Shown: positions 18,469 through 29,100, counted from the stretch's first letter. The stretch is DNA of 64,000 nt from Burkholderiales bacterium (GCA_964203275.1 CAXNMF010000014.1:37828-101827); one strand, 5' to 3'. The notes: generated from the sequence alone by a model not told the origin. Numbers and translations: made by a program.

Positions 18469-20232
18469 ATGAAAGCGGTTCTTGAAGGGGCCATCGGCGC
18501 AACCGGGATGCAGGATTCAACAGTGGCCCAGCCGGCATTCAGGTTGCTGCGCTATTTTTCGGCTGCCAGCTTTGTTGTCATCCTGGTCGCGACCGGGTTG
18601 TTGACCGGACTGCAGCAACGTCTGGCCGTTCAGGACCTTATATATGCCCAGGAAGAGCACCATGGCCTGCTGACCCGCTCGGTAGCCAGCGGACACTGGG
18701 AGGAATTTTCAGGGCTGTTCAAATCCGCGGTCGGACTGGACGCTGATGCTCTGCGCCAGCATCCTGAAGTCGCCCGGCTGCAGGCCTTGTTCCAACGTGA
18801 ATTTTCCGGCACCCAGGTGCTGAAGCTCAAGATTTACGATATGGCCGGCCGCACCGTGTTTTCCACCGATCCCAAGCAGATCGGTGAAGATAAATCAGGC
18901 AATGCCGGATTTCAGTCGGCCCGTGACGGCAATCCGGCAAGTGAACTGACCCACCGCAATGAATTCAGCACTTTCGAGCAGGTTGTGGAAAATGTCGATC
19001 TGGTTGCATCGTACATTCCCATCAAGTCCAGGGATGCGAGCGGCACCGTCGAGGCGGTGTTTGAGATCTACAGCGACACCACGCCGATGCTTACGCAGAT
19101 TCGGAAAACCCGTATCGCGGTGGCGTTGCAGGTCACTGCGGTACTGATCGGTCTCTATCTCGCGCTCTTCTTCATTGTTCGCCATGCGGATCGCGTCATC
19201 CGCGCGCAGGAAGCGCAACGCCAGCGTGATGAAGAAAAACTGCACAGTACCCGACGGCAACTGGCACTCAGTGAACAGTTCCACAGGGCTCTGATCGAGA
19301 ATTCATCGGATGCCGTGATGCTGCTTGGCGAGGATTTACGCATCAGTTATTCGGCGCCGGCCAATTCCCGCGTGCTTGGGATCCCGGAAGACCGTTTGCT
19401 GGGGATGGCGTTGTCAGATTATGTCAGTGAAGATTCACGGGACGCTGTCGCAAGCTGGCTGGTGGGCGCGATTGCAGCACCGGGCGTGCCGCGACGCGGT
19501 GAATTTAAAGCCGTTCACGAGACGCTGGGCAGCCGGTATTTCATGGCGACGGCAACAAACTTGCGCGGCCATACGGGGATTGATGGCATCGTGGTCAACG
19601 TGCAGGATTTCACCGAGCGCAAACTTGCCGAAATCGAAGTTCAGCAACGGGCTCAATTTGACGGCCTCACCGGTCTGGCGCGGCGCGAGTATTTCATCCA
19701 GCAGATGCGCAAGACCCTCGCCCGGGCTGCACGCAACAAGGAAGCGCTTGCCCTGATGTTCATGGATATTGACGGATTCAAGGCGGTCAACGACAACTTG
19801 GGGCACGAGATCGGGGACAAGCTGCTCAAGGAAGTCAGCCTGCGGATCCGGGCCGCACTCCGCCAAGAGGACGAAGTCGCTCGAGGAGGGGCTGAGAACG
19901 GTCCCAATGTCGCGCGTCTGGGCGGTGACGAATTCACGGTACTGCTTACCAATCTGGATCATCCGGCAAGCGCCGGTCTGGTCGCCGAGCGTGTTCTGGC
20001 GGCGATCGGCGCACCCTATGTATTCGGTGACGTTACCGTGCGGGTAACCTCAAGCATTGGCATTGCCGTTTACGACGGTCAGGGTCTGAATTGCGAGGAC
20101 ATGATCAAGCAGGCGGACACGGCAATGTACCTCGCCAAGCAGAAGGGGAAGAACACCTTCTGCTTCTATGGCGATGTCAATTCTCAGAGAATGGTTGCTG
20201 AACTCAGCTTGGTGCAATCCCGGCAGCCCTGA
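18469..20232 (+). CDS. Membrane sensor diguanylate cyclase (2 TM, periplasmic domain, PAS, GGDEF)
   Basis: Two TM segments, PAS (LIENSSD...DFTERK), DGLTGL, DIDGFKAVND.LGH, RLGGDEF, ADTAMY.AK. Confidence 0.92.
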   Translation: MKAVLEGAIGATGMQDSTVAQPAFRLLRYFSAASFVVILVATGLLTGLQQRLAVQDLIYAQEEHHGLLTRSVASGHWEEFSGLFKSAVGLDADALRQHPEVARLQALFQREFSGTQVLKLKIYDMAGRTVFSTDPKQIGEDKSGNAGFQSARDGNPASELTHRNEFSTFEQVVENVDLVASYIPIKSRDASGTVEAVFEIYSDTTPMLTQIRKTRIAVALQVTAVLIGLYLALFFIVRHADRVIRAQEAQRQRDEEKLHSTRRQLALSEQFHRALIENSSDAVMLLGEDLRISYSAPANSRVLGIPEDRLLGMALSDYVSEDSRDAVASWLVGAIAAPGVPRRGEFKAVHETLGSRYFMATATNLRGHTGIDGIVVNVQDFTERKLAEIEVQQRAQFDGLTGLARREYFIQQMRKTLARAARNKEALALMFMDIDGFKAVNDNLGHEIGDKLLKEVSLRIRAALRQEDEVARGGAENGPNVARLGGDEFTVLLTNLDHPASAGLVAERVLAAIGAPYVFGDVTVRVTSSIGIAVYDGQGLNCEDMIKQADTAMYLAKQKGKNTFCFYGDVNSQRMVAELSLVQSRQP

Positions 20233-21169
20233 TCACTTTCCGCCATTTTTCGATTTCGGACTGGATGTATTTGGCGAATTCCGCGGAGCTGTTGCCCACC
20301 GGATCCGCGCCTTCCCGCGACAGCCGTTCGTACATTTCCGGGCTTTTCAGGATGGCAACGACTTCGGTGTTGAGCTTGTTGACGATGTCGGCAGGCGTAC
20401 CGGCCGGCGCGAGCAGGCCGTACCAGGTGGCCGACTCATAACCCTTGACGCCGGCTTCGATCATTGTCGGCAGTTCCTTCGCTGCGGGTGAGCGTTGCGC
20501 ACCGGTCACTGCCAGTGGACGCAACCGGTTGTTTTTGACCTGCGGCATCGCGGAAATGATGCTGGCGAAGGTCATCGACACCTGACCACTGACGACATCG
20601 ATCAGCGCCGGCTGTACCCCTTTGTAAGGTACGTGCAGCAAATCGACATTCGCCAGCATCTTGAACAGTTCGCCCGATAGATGCCCCCCGGTGCCGTTGC
20701 CGGCAGAGGCGAATGCCAGTTTGCCTGGCTGCTTTTTTGCCAGCGCCACCAGTTCTTTCACGGATTTCGACGGAACCGACGGATGAACCAGCAGCATCAG
20801 GTTCTGCGTCGCCACCAGCGAAATCGGCACAAAATCCTTCACCGGATCATAGGGCAGTGATTTGCGCAGACTGACGTTGGTGGCGAATGAGGCGACCGTG
20901 CCCATGATCAGCGTATAACCGTCGGGCGGCGCTTTGGCCACCAGTTCCGCGGCGATTGCACCACCGGCGCCCGGCCGGTTGTCGACCAGCACCTGCTGGC
21001 CCCAGCGATCGGCGAGTTTGGGTCCGACCGTACGTGCCATGGTGTCGACGCTGCCGCCCGGCGTGCTGACGACGATGATGCGGATCGATCGTGTCGGGTA
21101 GTTCTGTGCCGTCGCGTTTGCGGCGGCAGCCAGGGCGACGGCAATCAGCAGGGTGTTTATTGAGCGCAT
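20204..21169 (-). CDS. Bug/TctC substrate-binding protein
   Basis: Signal peptide, YPTRSIRIIV, DNRPGAGG, HVPYKG, WYGLLAPAGTP. Confidence 0.93.
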   Translation of the reverse strand: MRSINTLLIAVALAAAANATAQNYPTRSIRIIVVSTPGGSVDTMARTVGPKLADRWGQQVLVDNRPGAGGAIAAELVAKAPPDGYTLIMGTVASFATNVSLRKSLPYDPVKDFVPISLVATQNLMLLVHPSVPSKSVKELVALAKKQPGKLAFASAGNGTGGHLSGELFKMLANVDLLHVPYKGVQPALIDVVSGQVSMTFASIISAMPQVKNNRLRPLAVTGAQRSPAAKELPTMIEAGVKGYESATWYGLLAPAGTPADIVNKLNTEVVAILKSPEMYERLSREGADPVGNSSAEFAKYIQSEIEKWRKVIRAAGIAPS

Positions 21170-21210
21170 TATTGATCTCCTCGTTTTATTTGTCGCAACA
21201 CAAGCGGATA

Positions 21211-22152
21211 TCAGGGCTGGAAGCCCACCGAACCTTCGTACTTTGCCAGAACCTCGGCGCTGGGCAGAAATTCTTCTTCCAGTTTTTTGATATCGGAAAA
21301 TCCGATGAAGGCGTGCATATTTCCCGCCGGATGGTCTTTGGTGCGGGCTTCGAAACGTTTGACGGCCTCGACGTCGTCCTGGGCGAATTCGTCGAAGTAA
21401 TCGACCATGGCGACTGTGGATGAACGCAATGAGCCGGTGGCGTTCGACACCATCGCGATGCCGAGTTCGTTCAGCCGCGACACATGCAGGCGCGGCGATA
21501 CCCCGGTGCGGTTGAAATGCAGGGGGCCCTTGATCTCTTTGGCGCAGCGTTCCAGTTCAGCTTCGGAGGTCAGTGCTTCGGGGAATATCATGTCGGCGCC
21601 GGCTTCGAGGTAGGCATTGGCACGGCGGATCAATTCATCGACGCTGCCGCCGGCGACACCGCGGGCATCACAACGTGCGATCAGCACAAAGTCCGGATCC
21701 AGTTCGCGGCGCACGCGGTCGGCGGCGCGCAGCTTGCCGGCCATTTCCTCCATTGCCACGATCTGCTTGCCAGCAACGTGCCCGCAACGCTTGGGCGCAA
21801 CCTGGTCTTCGATGTGGATGGCGGCAGCCCCGGCGGTGATGAAGTCCTCAACGGTGCGCATGACATTAATTGCATTGCCGAAACCGGTATCGGCATCGGC
21901 GATCACCGGGATTTTTACGGCGCGCGCGATGTAGCGGGTGATCATCACGATTTCGTCGAGCGTGACCAGACCGACGTCGGGTTTGCCGAGCAGCGATGCC
22001 GAGACGCCGTAGCCGGTGACCCCGCAGCAGCTGAAACCGGCCTTCTCGATGATTATGGCGGACAGTGCGTTGTAGGCGCCGGGTTTCACCAGCGTGCGGC
22101 CTTCCTTGAGCATGGCGCGCAGGCGGCTGGACTGGGGTATTGGTCGGGACAT
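21211..22152 (-). CDS. Isocitrate lyase/PEP mutase family lyase (copy 1)
   Basis: ADADTGFG, IEDQVAPKRCGH, IARCDA, AGADMIF. Confidence 0.92.
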   Translation of the reverse strand: MSRPIPQSSRLRAMLKEGRTLVKPGAYNALSAIIIEKAGFSCCGVTGYGVSASLLGKPDVGLVTLDEIVMITRYIARAVKIPVIADADTGFGNAINVMRTVEDFITAGAAAIHIEDQVAPKRCGHVAGKQIVAMEEMAGKLRAADRVRRELDPDFVLIARCDARGVAGGSVDELIRRANAYLEAGADMIFPEALTSEAELERCAKEIKGPLHFNRTGVSPRLHVSRLNELGIAMVSNATGSLRSSTVAMVDYFDEFAQDDVEAVKRFEARTKDHPAGNMHAFIGFSDIKKLEEEFLPSAEVLAKYEGSVGFQP

Positions 22153-22215
22153 GATTTTTCCTCCGGGGCTTGCTGCGGCGCGGGAGTGGCCACAGCAGCG
22201 GTTTTTCTTGCCCCA

Positions 22216-22239
22216 AATTGTATTTAATTGTGTACAATT
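22216..22239. promoter_or_regulatory. GntR/FadR-type operator between divergent units
   Basis: Palindrome AATTGT-GT-ACAATT (22226-22239) plus a degenerate adjacent copy AATTGTATTTAATT, next to a GntR gene. Confidence 0.7.
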
Positions 22240-22307
22240 CGTCAACCCGCCGGTCCGGTCCAGAAAGTCCGTTCAAAGAACCGCGGCGGCCGAGGAGATC
22301 ATCGCTG

Positions 22308-23084
22308 ATGCCTACCCGCAGCACCGCAGTCCCCAGACGCAAGGCCGCCGTCGTTCCGGCCGGCATCAGCCTGGCCGAGGTCGCCTATCAGGGGCTGCTC
22401 GAGGGCATCCGCCGCGGTGATTTCCGCCCCGGCGATCCGGTGCGCGAACAGCATGTCACCGACTGGCTGAAGATCAGCCGCACCCCCGTGCGGGATGCGA
22501 TGCGGCGGCTCGAGGCTGAAGGTTATCTGGTGCATGAACGCCACCGCGGTGCAGTGGTTGCGACGCTCGATGATCAGGCGGTGACCGAACTCTACGCCTT
22601 GCGTGAGGTGCTGGAAGGTGCGGCCGCGGTGATGGCGGTGCGCCATGCCAGCGAATTCGAAGTCGCGCAACTCGAACAGCTGATCGACGACAGCAGCCGC
22701 GTGCGCGATCCCAAGGTGCTGATCGAATACCAGCGCAACATCAACGACCTGGTTCACCGCATGGCACGCAATCGCTATCTGGTGAAGACCATGCGCATGC
22801 TGCGCGAAACGCTGTTCCTGGTCGGCACCGTGGTCACGGTGATGCCCGACCGGCCGGCGACGCTGCTGCGCGAGCACCGCGCGATGCTTGCCGCTCTGAA
22901 AAAACGCGACGCGCGCAAGGCGGAGCAGGTGATGCGCGGGCATGTGCGCAGCGCGCTGCACAGCAGGCTGCAGCTGCGTGCCGGCGTCAACAGCGGCAAT
23001 TACCCCTATGTGCCCTTTCCCGCGGCAACGGCGAGGGCTGAAGCCAATCCGAAATCCAAGCCAAAGAATCGCAAACGCAAGTAA
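22308..23084 (+). CDS. GntR-family (FCD) transcriptional regulator
   Basis: ISRTPVRDAMRRLEAEG wHTH, LYALREVLEG, EH.AML.AL..RD. Confidence 0.92.
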   Translation: MPTRSTAVPRRKAAVVPAGISLAEVAYQGLLEGIRRGDFRPGDPVREQHVTDWLKISRTPVRDAMRRLEAEGYLVHERHRGAVVATLDDQAVTELYALREVLEGAAAVMAVRHASEFEVAQLEQLIDDSSRVRDPKVLIEYQRNINDLVHRMARNRYLVKTMRMLRETLFLVGTVVTVMPDRPATLLREHRAMLAALKKRDARKAEQVMRGHVRSALHSRLQLRAGVNSGNYPYVPFPAATARAEANPKSKPKNRKRK

Positions 23085-23112
23085 TTCAACGCAGAGTCAA
23101 CACGGAGAACAC

Positions 23113-24009
23113 ATGAAAAGCAGAGGCGCGCAGTTCAAGGAACTCATCAACAACAAGAAGCAGATACTGATCCAGCCGGGTGTTTACGACGGCTACAGCG
23201 TGCGGTTGATTGAGCAGGCAGGATTCAAGACGGCGTCGATTTCCGGCGCCGGTGTGTCCGAAAGCCGCATGGGCTGGGCCGACCGCGGCGTGATGACTTT
23301 TGAAGAGAACCTCAACAACGCGCGGCGGCTCGCCGACTGCTCCGACCTGCTGCTGCGCGCCGATGCCGACACCGGTTACGGCAACGCGATGACCGTGCAC
23401 TTCGTGGTGCGCGCATTTGAAAAAGCGGGCATGGCGGCGCTGATGATCGAGGACCAGGTCTGGCCCAAGCGTTGCGGCCACATGGCCGGCAAGGCGTGCA
23501 TCCCCGCCGAAGAGATGGTGCAGAAGGTCAAGGCCGCGGTGGACGCGCGCCGCGACAACGATTTCGTCATCGTGTCGCGCACCGACGCCGCGGGCCCGCA
23601 CGGCGTCGACGAGGCGATCCGCCGTCTGAATATGTATGCCGAAGCCGGCGCCGACGTGATGTACGCCGACGCGCTGCTGTCAAAGGAAGACATCGCCAAG
23701 GTTGCGAAAAACGTGCCGAAACCGTTAATCGTGAATATGGGCCTGGGCATGCGGCCGCGCAAGACCACGCCGCTAATGAGTCCGCAGCAGTTGCAGGACA
23801 TCGGTGTTGCTGCGGTGAGTTACCCGCGGCTGCTGACCACCGCCGCGCTGCGCGGCATGATGAACGCGCTGGCGGTGTTCAAGGATGAAGTGGTCGGCCA
23901 GAACAAGGTGGTGGAACGCACCGACCTGCAGGTGGGCTTCGAGGAACTCAATGACCTGATGGGCATGAAGGTTCTCGATGAAATGGAAAAGAAATACAAG
24001 GGCGGGTAA
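23113..24009 (+). CDS. Isocitrate lyase/PEP mutase family lyase (copy 2)
   Basis: PGVYD, ADADTGYG, IEDQVWPKRCGH, RTDA. GGAG RBS. Confidence 0.92.
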   Translation: MKSRGAQFKELINNKKQILIQPGVYDGYSVRLIEQAGFKTASISGAGVSESRMGWADRGVMTFEENLNNARRLADCSDLLLRADADTGYGNAMTVHFVVRAFEKAGMAALMIEDQVWPKRCGHMAGKACIPAEEMVQKVKAAVDARRDNDFVIVSRTDAAGPHGVDEAIRRLNMYAEAGADVMYADALLSKEDIAKVAKNVPKPLIVNMGLGMRPRKTTPLMSPQQLQDIGVAAVSYPRLLTTAALRGMMNALAVFKDEVVGQNKVVERTDLQVGFEELNDLMGMKVLDEMEKKYKGG

Positions 24010-24020
24010 TCCCAAATTCT

Positions 24021-24162
24021 TTAACCGCCAAGACGCCAAGAGCGCCAAGGAAACCTGAAACATCATGTTCTCGCGCCGGGTGTTCATTGCCGCTGGCAAG
24101 ACAGGCATTTCGAATTGATTTGATTTTGATCTTCTTGGCGCTCTTGGCGTCTTGGCGGTAAA
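24021..24162 (+). repeat. 9-bp-periodic inverted-repeat element, family A, copy 2
   Basis: Perfect 26-bp IR ACCGCCAAGACGCCAAGAGCGCCAAG (24024-24049 / 24134-24159), 84-nt spacer. Confidence 0.92.
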
Positions 24163-24201
24163 AGGGTTTGTATCTTTTAGGCTCGTACAGGACATTGACT
24201 C

Positions 24202-25455
24202 ATGGGCATGACCATCGCAGAAAAAATCCTTGCGGCCAAAAGCGGCCGCAAGGCCGTGGTGCCGGGCGACGTGGTCACGGTGGATGTCGATACCGTGATC
24301 CTGTTCGACAACAATTTCCTGCCGACTAACTGGCGCGACATCCTCAAGGTGGCCGATCCTGAAAAGATCGTTGTCACGTTTGATCACCGTGTGCCGGCGC
24401 CGACGCAGCAGGCGGCTGCGGCACAGGTGACCGGACGCGCCTTCGTCAAGAAATTCGGCATCAAGCGCTTTCATGATGTCGGCCACAACCAGGGCATCAG
24501 CCATCAGCTGGTGGCGGACTACGGTTATGCCTTGCCGGGCTCGGTATTGCTGTGCAGTGATTCGCACACCTGCAGTGCTGGGGTGTTCAACTGCCTTGCG
24601 CGCGGCGTCGGCGGTCCCGACATCATTTATGCCGCGATCAAAGGGCAGACCTGGTTCCGCTGCGGCGAAACCGTGCGTTATGAACTGACCGGAAAATTGC
24701 CGACGGCAGTCACCGCCAAGGACGCCTTTCTGCAGATTGCGGGTATTCACGGCGCGCACGCGACGATGAATGTCGAATACGGCGGCCCTGGCGTGGCGTC
24801 GCTGTCGATTAATGCGCGCAAGACGCTGACGGCAATGTCGGCAGAACTGTCTGCGGAGTTCGCGACCTTTGAGGCCGATGCTGCGCTGGAGGAATGGATG
24901 CGTACCCGCAATCCTGCGCCGTTCATTCCGGTCAGGCCGGATGCCGACGCGACATATCACGCAGTACGCAAAGTCGATTTGTCCGCGCTGGAGCCTTTGG
25001 TGGCGCTGCCCGACAGCGTAGTCAACAACTCGCAGCCGGTAGGGCAGGCCAAGGGCACGCGCATTGATCAGGCCTATATCGGTTCCTGTGCCAACGGCAC
25101 CCAGGACGACATCGAACTCGCAGCGCTGGTGGTCAAGGGCCGGCGCGTGGCCTCTGGCGTGCGCTTCATCGTTACCCCGGCGTCGCAGACCGTGTACCGC
25201 GACACCGTCGCAAGCGGCGCGATACAGACATTGCTCGAAGCGGGCGCGATGATTGCGCCACCGACCTGCGGCGCCTGCGGCGGCGGCCACATGGGCGTGC
25301 TTGGGCCAGATGAGGTCTGCATTACGTCGAGCACGCGCAACTTCAAGGGCCGCATGGGTGATCCGAGTTCCCAGGTGTGGATGGCATCGCCGGCGACAGT
25401 GGCGGCATCGGCGCTGACCGGATTCATTACCGATCCGCGGGAGTTTCTGCAATGA
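24202..25455 (+). CDS. Aconitase-family dehydratase large subunit (LeuC/DmdA-like)
   Basis: MTIAEKIL, DH, GISHQ, DSHT, IGSCANG, CGACGG, RNFKGRMG, ASPAT. Confidence 0.92.
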   Translation: MGMTIAEKILAAKSGRKAVVPGDVVTVDVDTVILFDNNFLPTNWRDILKVADPEKIVVTFDHRVPAPTQQAAAAQVTGRAFVKKFGIKRFHDVGHNQGISHQLVADYGYALPGSVLLCSDSHTCSAGVFNCLARGVGGPDIIYAAIKGQTWFRCGETVRYELTGKLPTAVTAKDAFLQIAGIHGAHATMNVEYGGPGVASLSINARKTLTAMSAELSAEFATFEADAALEEWMRTRNPAPFIPVRPDADATYHAVRKVDLSALEPLVALPDSVVNNSQPVGQAKGTRIDQAYIGSCANGTQDDIELAALVVKGRRVASGVRFIVTPASQTVYRDTVASGAIQTLLEAGAMIAPPTCGACGGGHMGVLGPDEVCITSSTRNFKGRMGDPSSQVWMASPATVAASALTGFITDPREFLQ

Positions 25456-25466
25456 GGTCAAATTCG

Positions 25467-25569
25467 TTTACCGCCAAGGCGCCAAGAGCGCCAAGAAAAG
25501 CAAAATTCAATAAAAGAATTCGTGGTTTGCCTTTGATCTCCTTGGCGCTCTTGGCGTCTTGGCGGTTAA
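25467..25569 (+). repeat. 9-bp-periodic inverted-repeat element, family A, copy 3
   Basis: 26-bp IR at 25470-25495 / 25541-25566 with one G:T mismatch, 45-nt spacer. Confidence 0.92.
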
Positions 25570-25594
25570 ATGCTTTTGCTTTGACGGTGCAATC

Positions 25595-26095
25595 ATGAAA
25601 TTCAAAGGACGCGTCTGGATCGTCGGCGACAACATCAACACCGACCTGATCCTGCCCAACAAGGCCTTCTATCTGACGCACGAGGAACAGACGCAGTACG
25701 TGTTTCATGCCAACCGTCCGGGCTGGGCGCAGCAGGTGCAGAAGGGCGACATCCTGATTGGCGGCAATAATTTCGGAATGGGTTCAAGCCGCGCCGCTGC
25801 GCGATCCCTGAAAAACCTCGGGCTGTCCTGTCTGATTACGGAATCGCTGAATGGATTGTTCCTGCGCAACTGTGTGAACTTTGCGTTCCCGGCGCTGGAG
25901 TGTCCCGGTGTTCATGCCGCATTCACTGAAGGCGAGGAAGCCGAGGTCGAATTCGAAACGGCGCAGGTACGCAACGTGACGCGCAGCACTGCGTTGCAAG
26001 GCAAGCCCTTGCCTCAGCAGTTGATGGCGCTGGTGCAGGCCGGCGGCGTTTATCAGTTGCTGGAGCAGGAGGGGTTGATTGCCCCTAAAAATTAA
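25595..26095 (+). CDS. Aconitase-family dehydratase small subunit (LeuD/DmdB-like)
   Basis: GDNINTDLILP, GNNFGMGSSR, F.RNCVN, AGG. Confidence 0.92.
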   Translation: MKFKGRVWIVGDNINTDLILPNKAFYLTHEEQTQYVFHANRPGWAQQVQKGDILIGGNNFGMGSSRAAARSLKNLGLSCLITESLNGLFLRNCVNFAFPALECPGVHAAFTEGEEAEVEFETAQVRNVTRSTALQGKPLPQQLMALVQAGGVYQLLEQEGLIAPKN

Positions 26096-26115
26096 TCAAT
26101 AAAATCAATAACTTA
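26093..26115 (+). promoter_or_regulatory. IHF-consensus site between convergent stop codons
   Basis: TAATCAATAA-AATCAATAACTTA, a perfect WATCAANNNNTTR match. Confidence 0.65.
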
Positions 26116-26116
26116 T

Positions 26117-29100
26117 TTATGCTGCTGCGGCAACCGGCTGTTGCTGATCCTCTTCGACCAGCGGTGCGTATTGCGTCAGTTGCGCCATCAATTCCGTTTC
26201 CTGATACGGCTTTCCAAGAAAGGCGTTGACGCCGATCTGCTGCGCGCGGTTGCGATGTTTTTCCGCAGTGCGCGATGAAATGATGACAATGGGTACGCTT
26301 GCGGAGCGTGAATCCTGACGCACGCGTGACGACAGCTCGAATCCGTCCATGCGTGGCATCTCGATGTCCACCAGCATCAGATCCGGCAGACGGTTTTTCA
26401 TCTGCTCCAGCGCATCGATGCCATCCTTGGCAGTCATCACCTGGTAACCCTCGCGTTCGAGCAGGCGGCTGGTGATCTTGCGTACTGTCAGGGAGTCGTC
26501 GACCACCATCACTGTGGGTGTGTTTGCCGCTGCAGAATTTTCTTCCTGCGTGGCTGGTGCGCGTACCGCGGGGGCAGCACGCTGTGTCAGCGGCACTGGA
26601 TTGATGATCAGCACCACGCGGCCGTCGCCCAGTACGGTTGCACCGGTAACGCCTGGCACCCGGACCAGTTGCGGACTCAGGTGCTTGACGACGATTTCCT
26701 GGTTGCGTAGCAGTTCGTCAACATGCAAGGCAATCCGCTGCAGCCCGCTGCGCAACAGCAGCAGGGTGCTGTAATCCTGAGTCGCCGGAGCGGCGGGCTC
26801 GCCGAGCAAAGCGCCCAGCACGTGCAGCGGGTAGTCGTTGTCCCGATGCTGAACCTTGCCTTCTCTGCGGGCCGTTTCAAGGGCATCGGGTTGCACGCGA
26901 ATGACTTGCTCGATCATGGCCGAAGAGATGGCGAAAATGCCTGATCCGGCACGCACGAGAACCGCCTGTGCGACTGCCAGCGTCAGCGGCAGGAAGATGC
27001 TGAATGCAGTTCCTTTTCCGCCGACCGTGCTGGTTTCGATATGGCCGCCGATGGCGGTGATTTCGCTGCGCACGACGTCCATGCCGACGCCGCGTCCTGA
27101 AAGCTCGGTGACGGATTCTGCGGTCGATACCCCTGGCGCGAAAATCAGCTCACCCAGTTCTTCCGGTGATGCGGCACGAGCGGGATCGAGCAGACCCTTT
27201 TCGATACCGCGGGCGCGCAGTTTTTCAAGATCAAGTCCTGCACCGTCGTCGCGAATCACGATGGCGATTTCATTGCTTTCCTGGCGCAATGCAATCGAAA
27301 TTTCCCCTGTTTCGGGTTTGCCGGCGGCCTGACGCGCCGCGGCCGATTCGATGCCGTGTCCGATTGCATTGCGCAGCAGGTGTTCCAGCGGTGCGCCGAT
27401 ACGTTCAAGCACGCTGCGATCCAGTTCGATGTGGCTGTCGCTGATGTCGAGATGGATTTTTTTGTCCAGCTCGCGGGCGGTCTGTCGTGCGATGCGGTAC
27501 AGCCGCTCTTCAAGCGTGGCGAAAGGAATGGTGCGCGTCCGCATCAGACCCTGCTGCAGTTCACGGCCGACTCGGGCCTGATGCAGGACGGCGGAATCGA
27601 TTCCGCCGAGATCGCGCATCAACGTCTGCTGCACGGTGGAGAGGTCGTGCAGGCTTTCCGCCATCATGCGCGTCAACTCCTGCAGCCGGGTGTAGCGGTC
27701 GAATTCCAGTGGATCGAATTCGGGTCGGTCGGCGGCAATCACCGAGCGCCGTGATTGCATCTGGCTGTCGGCCTGCAGTTCCAGTTCACGCAACTGGTTT
27801 TTCAGGCGCAACATGCTTTCGTTGAGCTCGCTCAGCGACAGACGGGCGTTGCGCAATTCTCCCTCGATCCTTGAGCGTGCAATACCAACCTCACCGGCGT
27901 CGTTGATCAGGCGATCAAGAGCATCGGCGTTGATTCGCAATGCTGCGGCAATCTGGGGGGGCGGTTCCGCGCGCAGTGCTGGTGCGGGGGCGGCGTCGCA
28001 GAGGCTGTCTTCTGCTGTTGCGGCGGATTCGCGTTTTGCAGCCGGCAGGTCAAGGCCACGCAGGTATTCGATGCCGTCAGCCAGCCTGTCGACATGGTTT
28101 TCCACTTCTTCCAGCTGTGCCGAACCGGGGTTGCCGGTGGCTATGGCCGCTTCAAGGCGGGTTTCCATCATGTGCGCAAGTTCGCCCAGGCGCATGGCGC
28201 CCGCCATGCGCGCACTGCCCTTCAGCGTGTGCAGCGCACGTTGCAGTGCCAACGGCGTCTGACTGTCGGCCGGCGCTTCGCGCCAGTTGCGCAGCTCGCG
28301 GCTGATCTGGGGCAGCAGTTCCTGCGCCTCCTCCAGAAACATCGGCAGCAGTTCGGCATCAATGTCATCGCGGATCAGGCGCTGATCCTGCGCGGTGAGC
28401 GCTGCAGCCGCGCGTACCAGCGCTGCGTCATCCACCGGCTCGATCACCGAGTCAGCGATGACTGCGGGGATGGGCGTGTCGCTGATGAGCGCGGCGGCTG
28501 GCTGCGCCGGAGAAGGTGCGGACTGGAGGCGGCGGTTAAGCGCATCCAGATCGGTGATCAGCACATCTGCGAGCCGCGGCGCCTGTTGTTGCGTGATGTC
28601 ATCCAGCATTTCGCGAAGTTTTGCCACGGCCTGCTGCAACAGCTGAAGGTCAGCTTCTGCGTTGAGCAGACGCGCCTGGGGCAGACATTGTTCGATGCGC
28701 ATCGCCAGATCGGCCGGCGATGAAAGTCCTGCGGTGCGGGAAATGCTGGCGAGCGTATGTGCTGCGATTTCAAGCGCATCGGTGGCTGTTCGTCCCGGCG
28801 CATCGCACAGAGCCTGGATTTCTGATTCGAGGGTGGCAACGTGCTGCTGTGCTTCCTTGCGATAGATCTCGAAGAATGTGCGCGAGATGCGGATGTTGCC
28901 GAGACAGACTTCGTCCGGATCGCCGGCCGGTGCAGGCGCTGCGACGGTTTCCGGTGCGTTTTGCAGGATCGTGGCGGCTTGAATCAGGTCCTGGCCGTCA
29001 ATTGCTACTGGCCGCTTTTCAGACAACGCGCTGGTCCATTCAGTCAGCGCTGCCGTTGCTGATTCGATCAGATCAAGCAAAGCAGACGTTGCCGGACGGT

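Noticed and set aside
23773-25461. 562-aa minus-strand ORF spanning a family A element
   Set aside because: Antisense to the well-supported LeuC-like and lyase genes. It stays open because the repeat arms lack stops in that frame.
24202-26095. Naming these genes biosynthetic leuC/leuD
   Set aside because: They are the short DmdA/HacA-like type in a catabolic context, with no leuB.
26093-26119. AT-rich box as a dif (XerCD) site
   Set aside because: Lacks the TTATGTTAAAT XerD arm, occurs in several copies, and fits the IHF consensus better.
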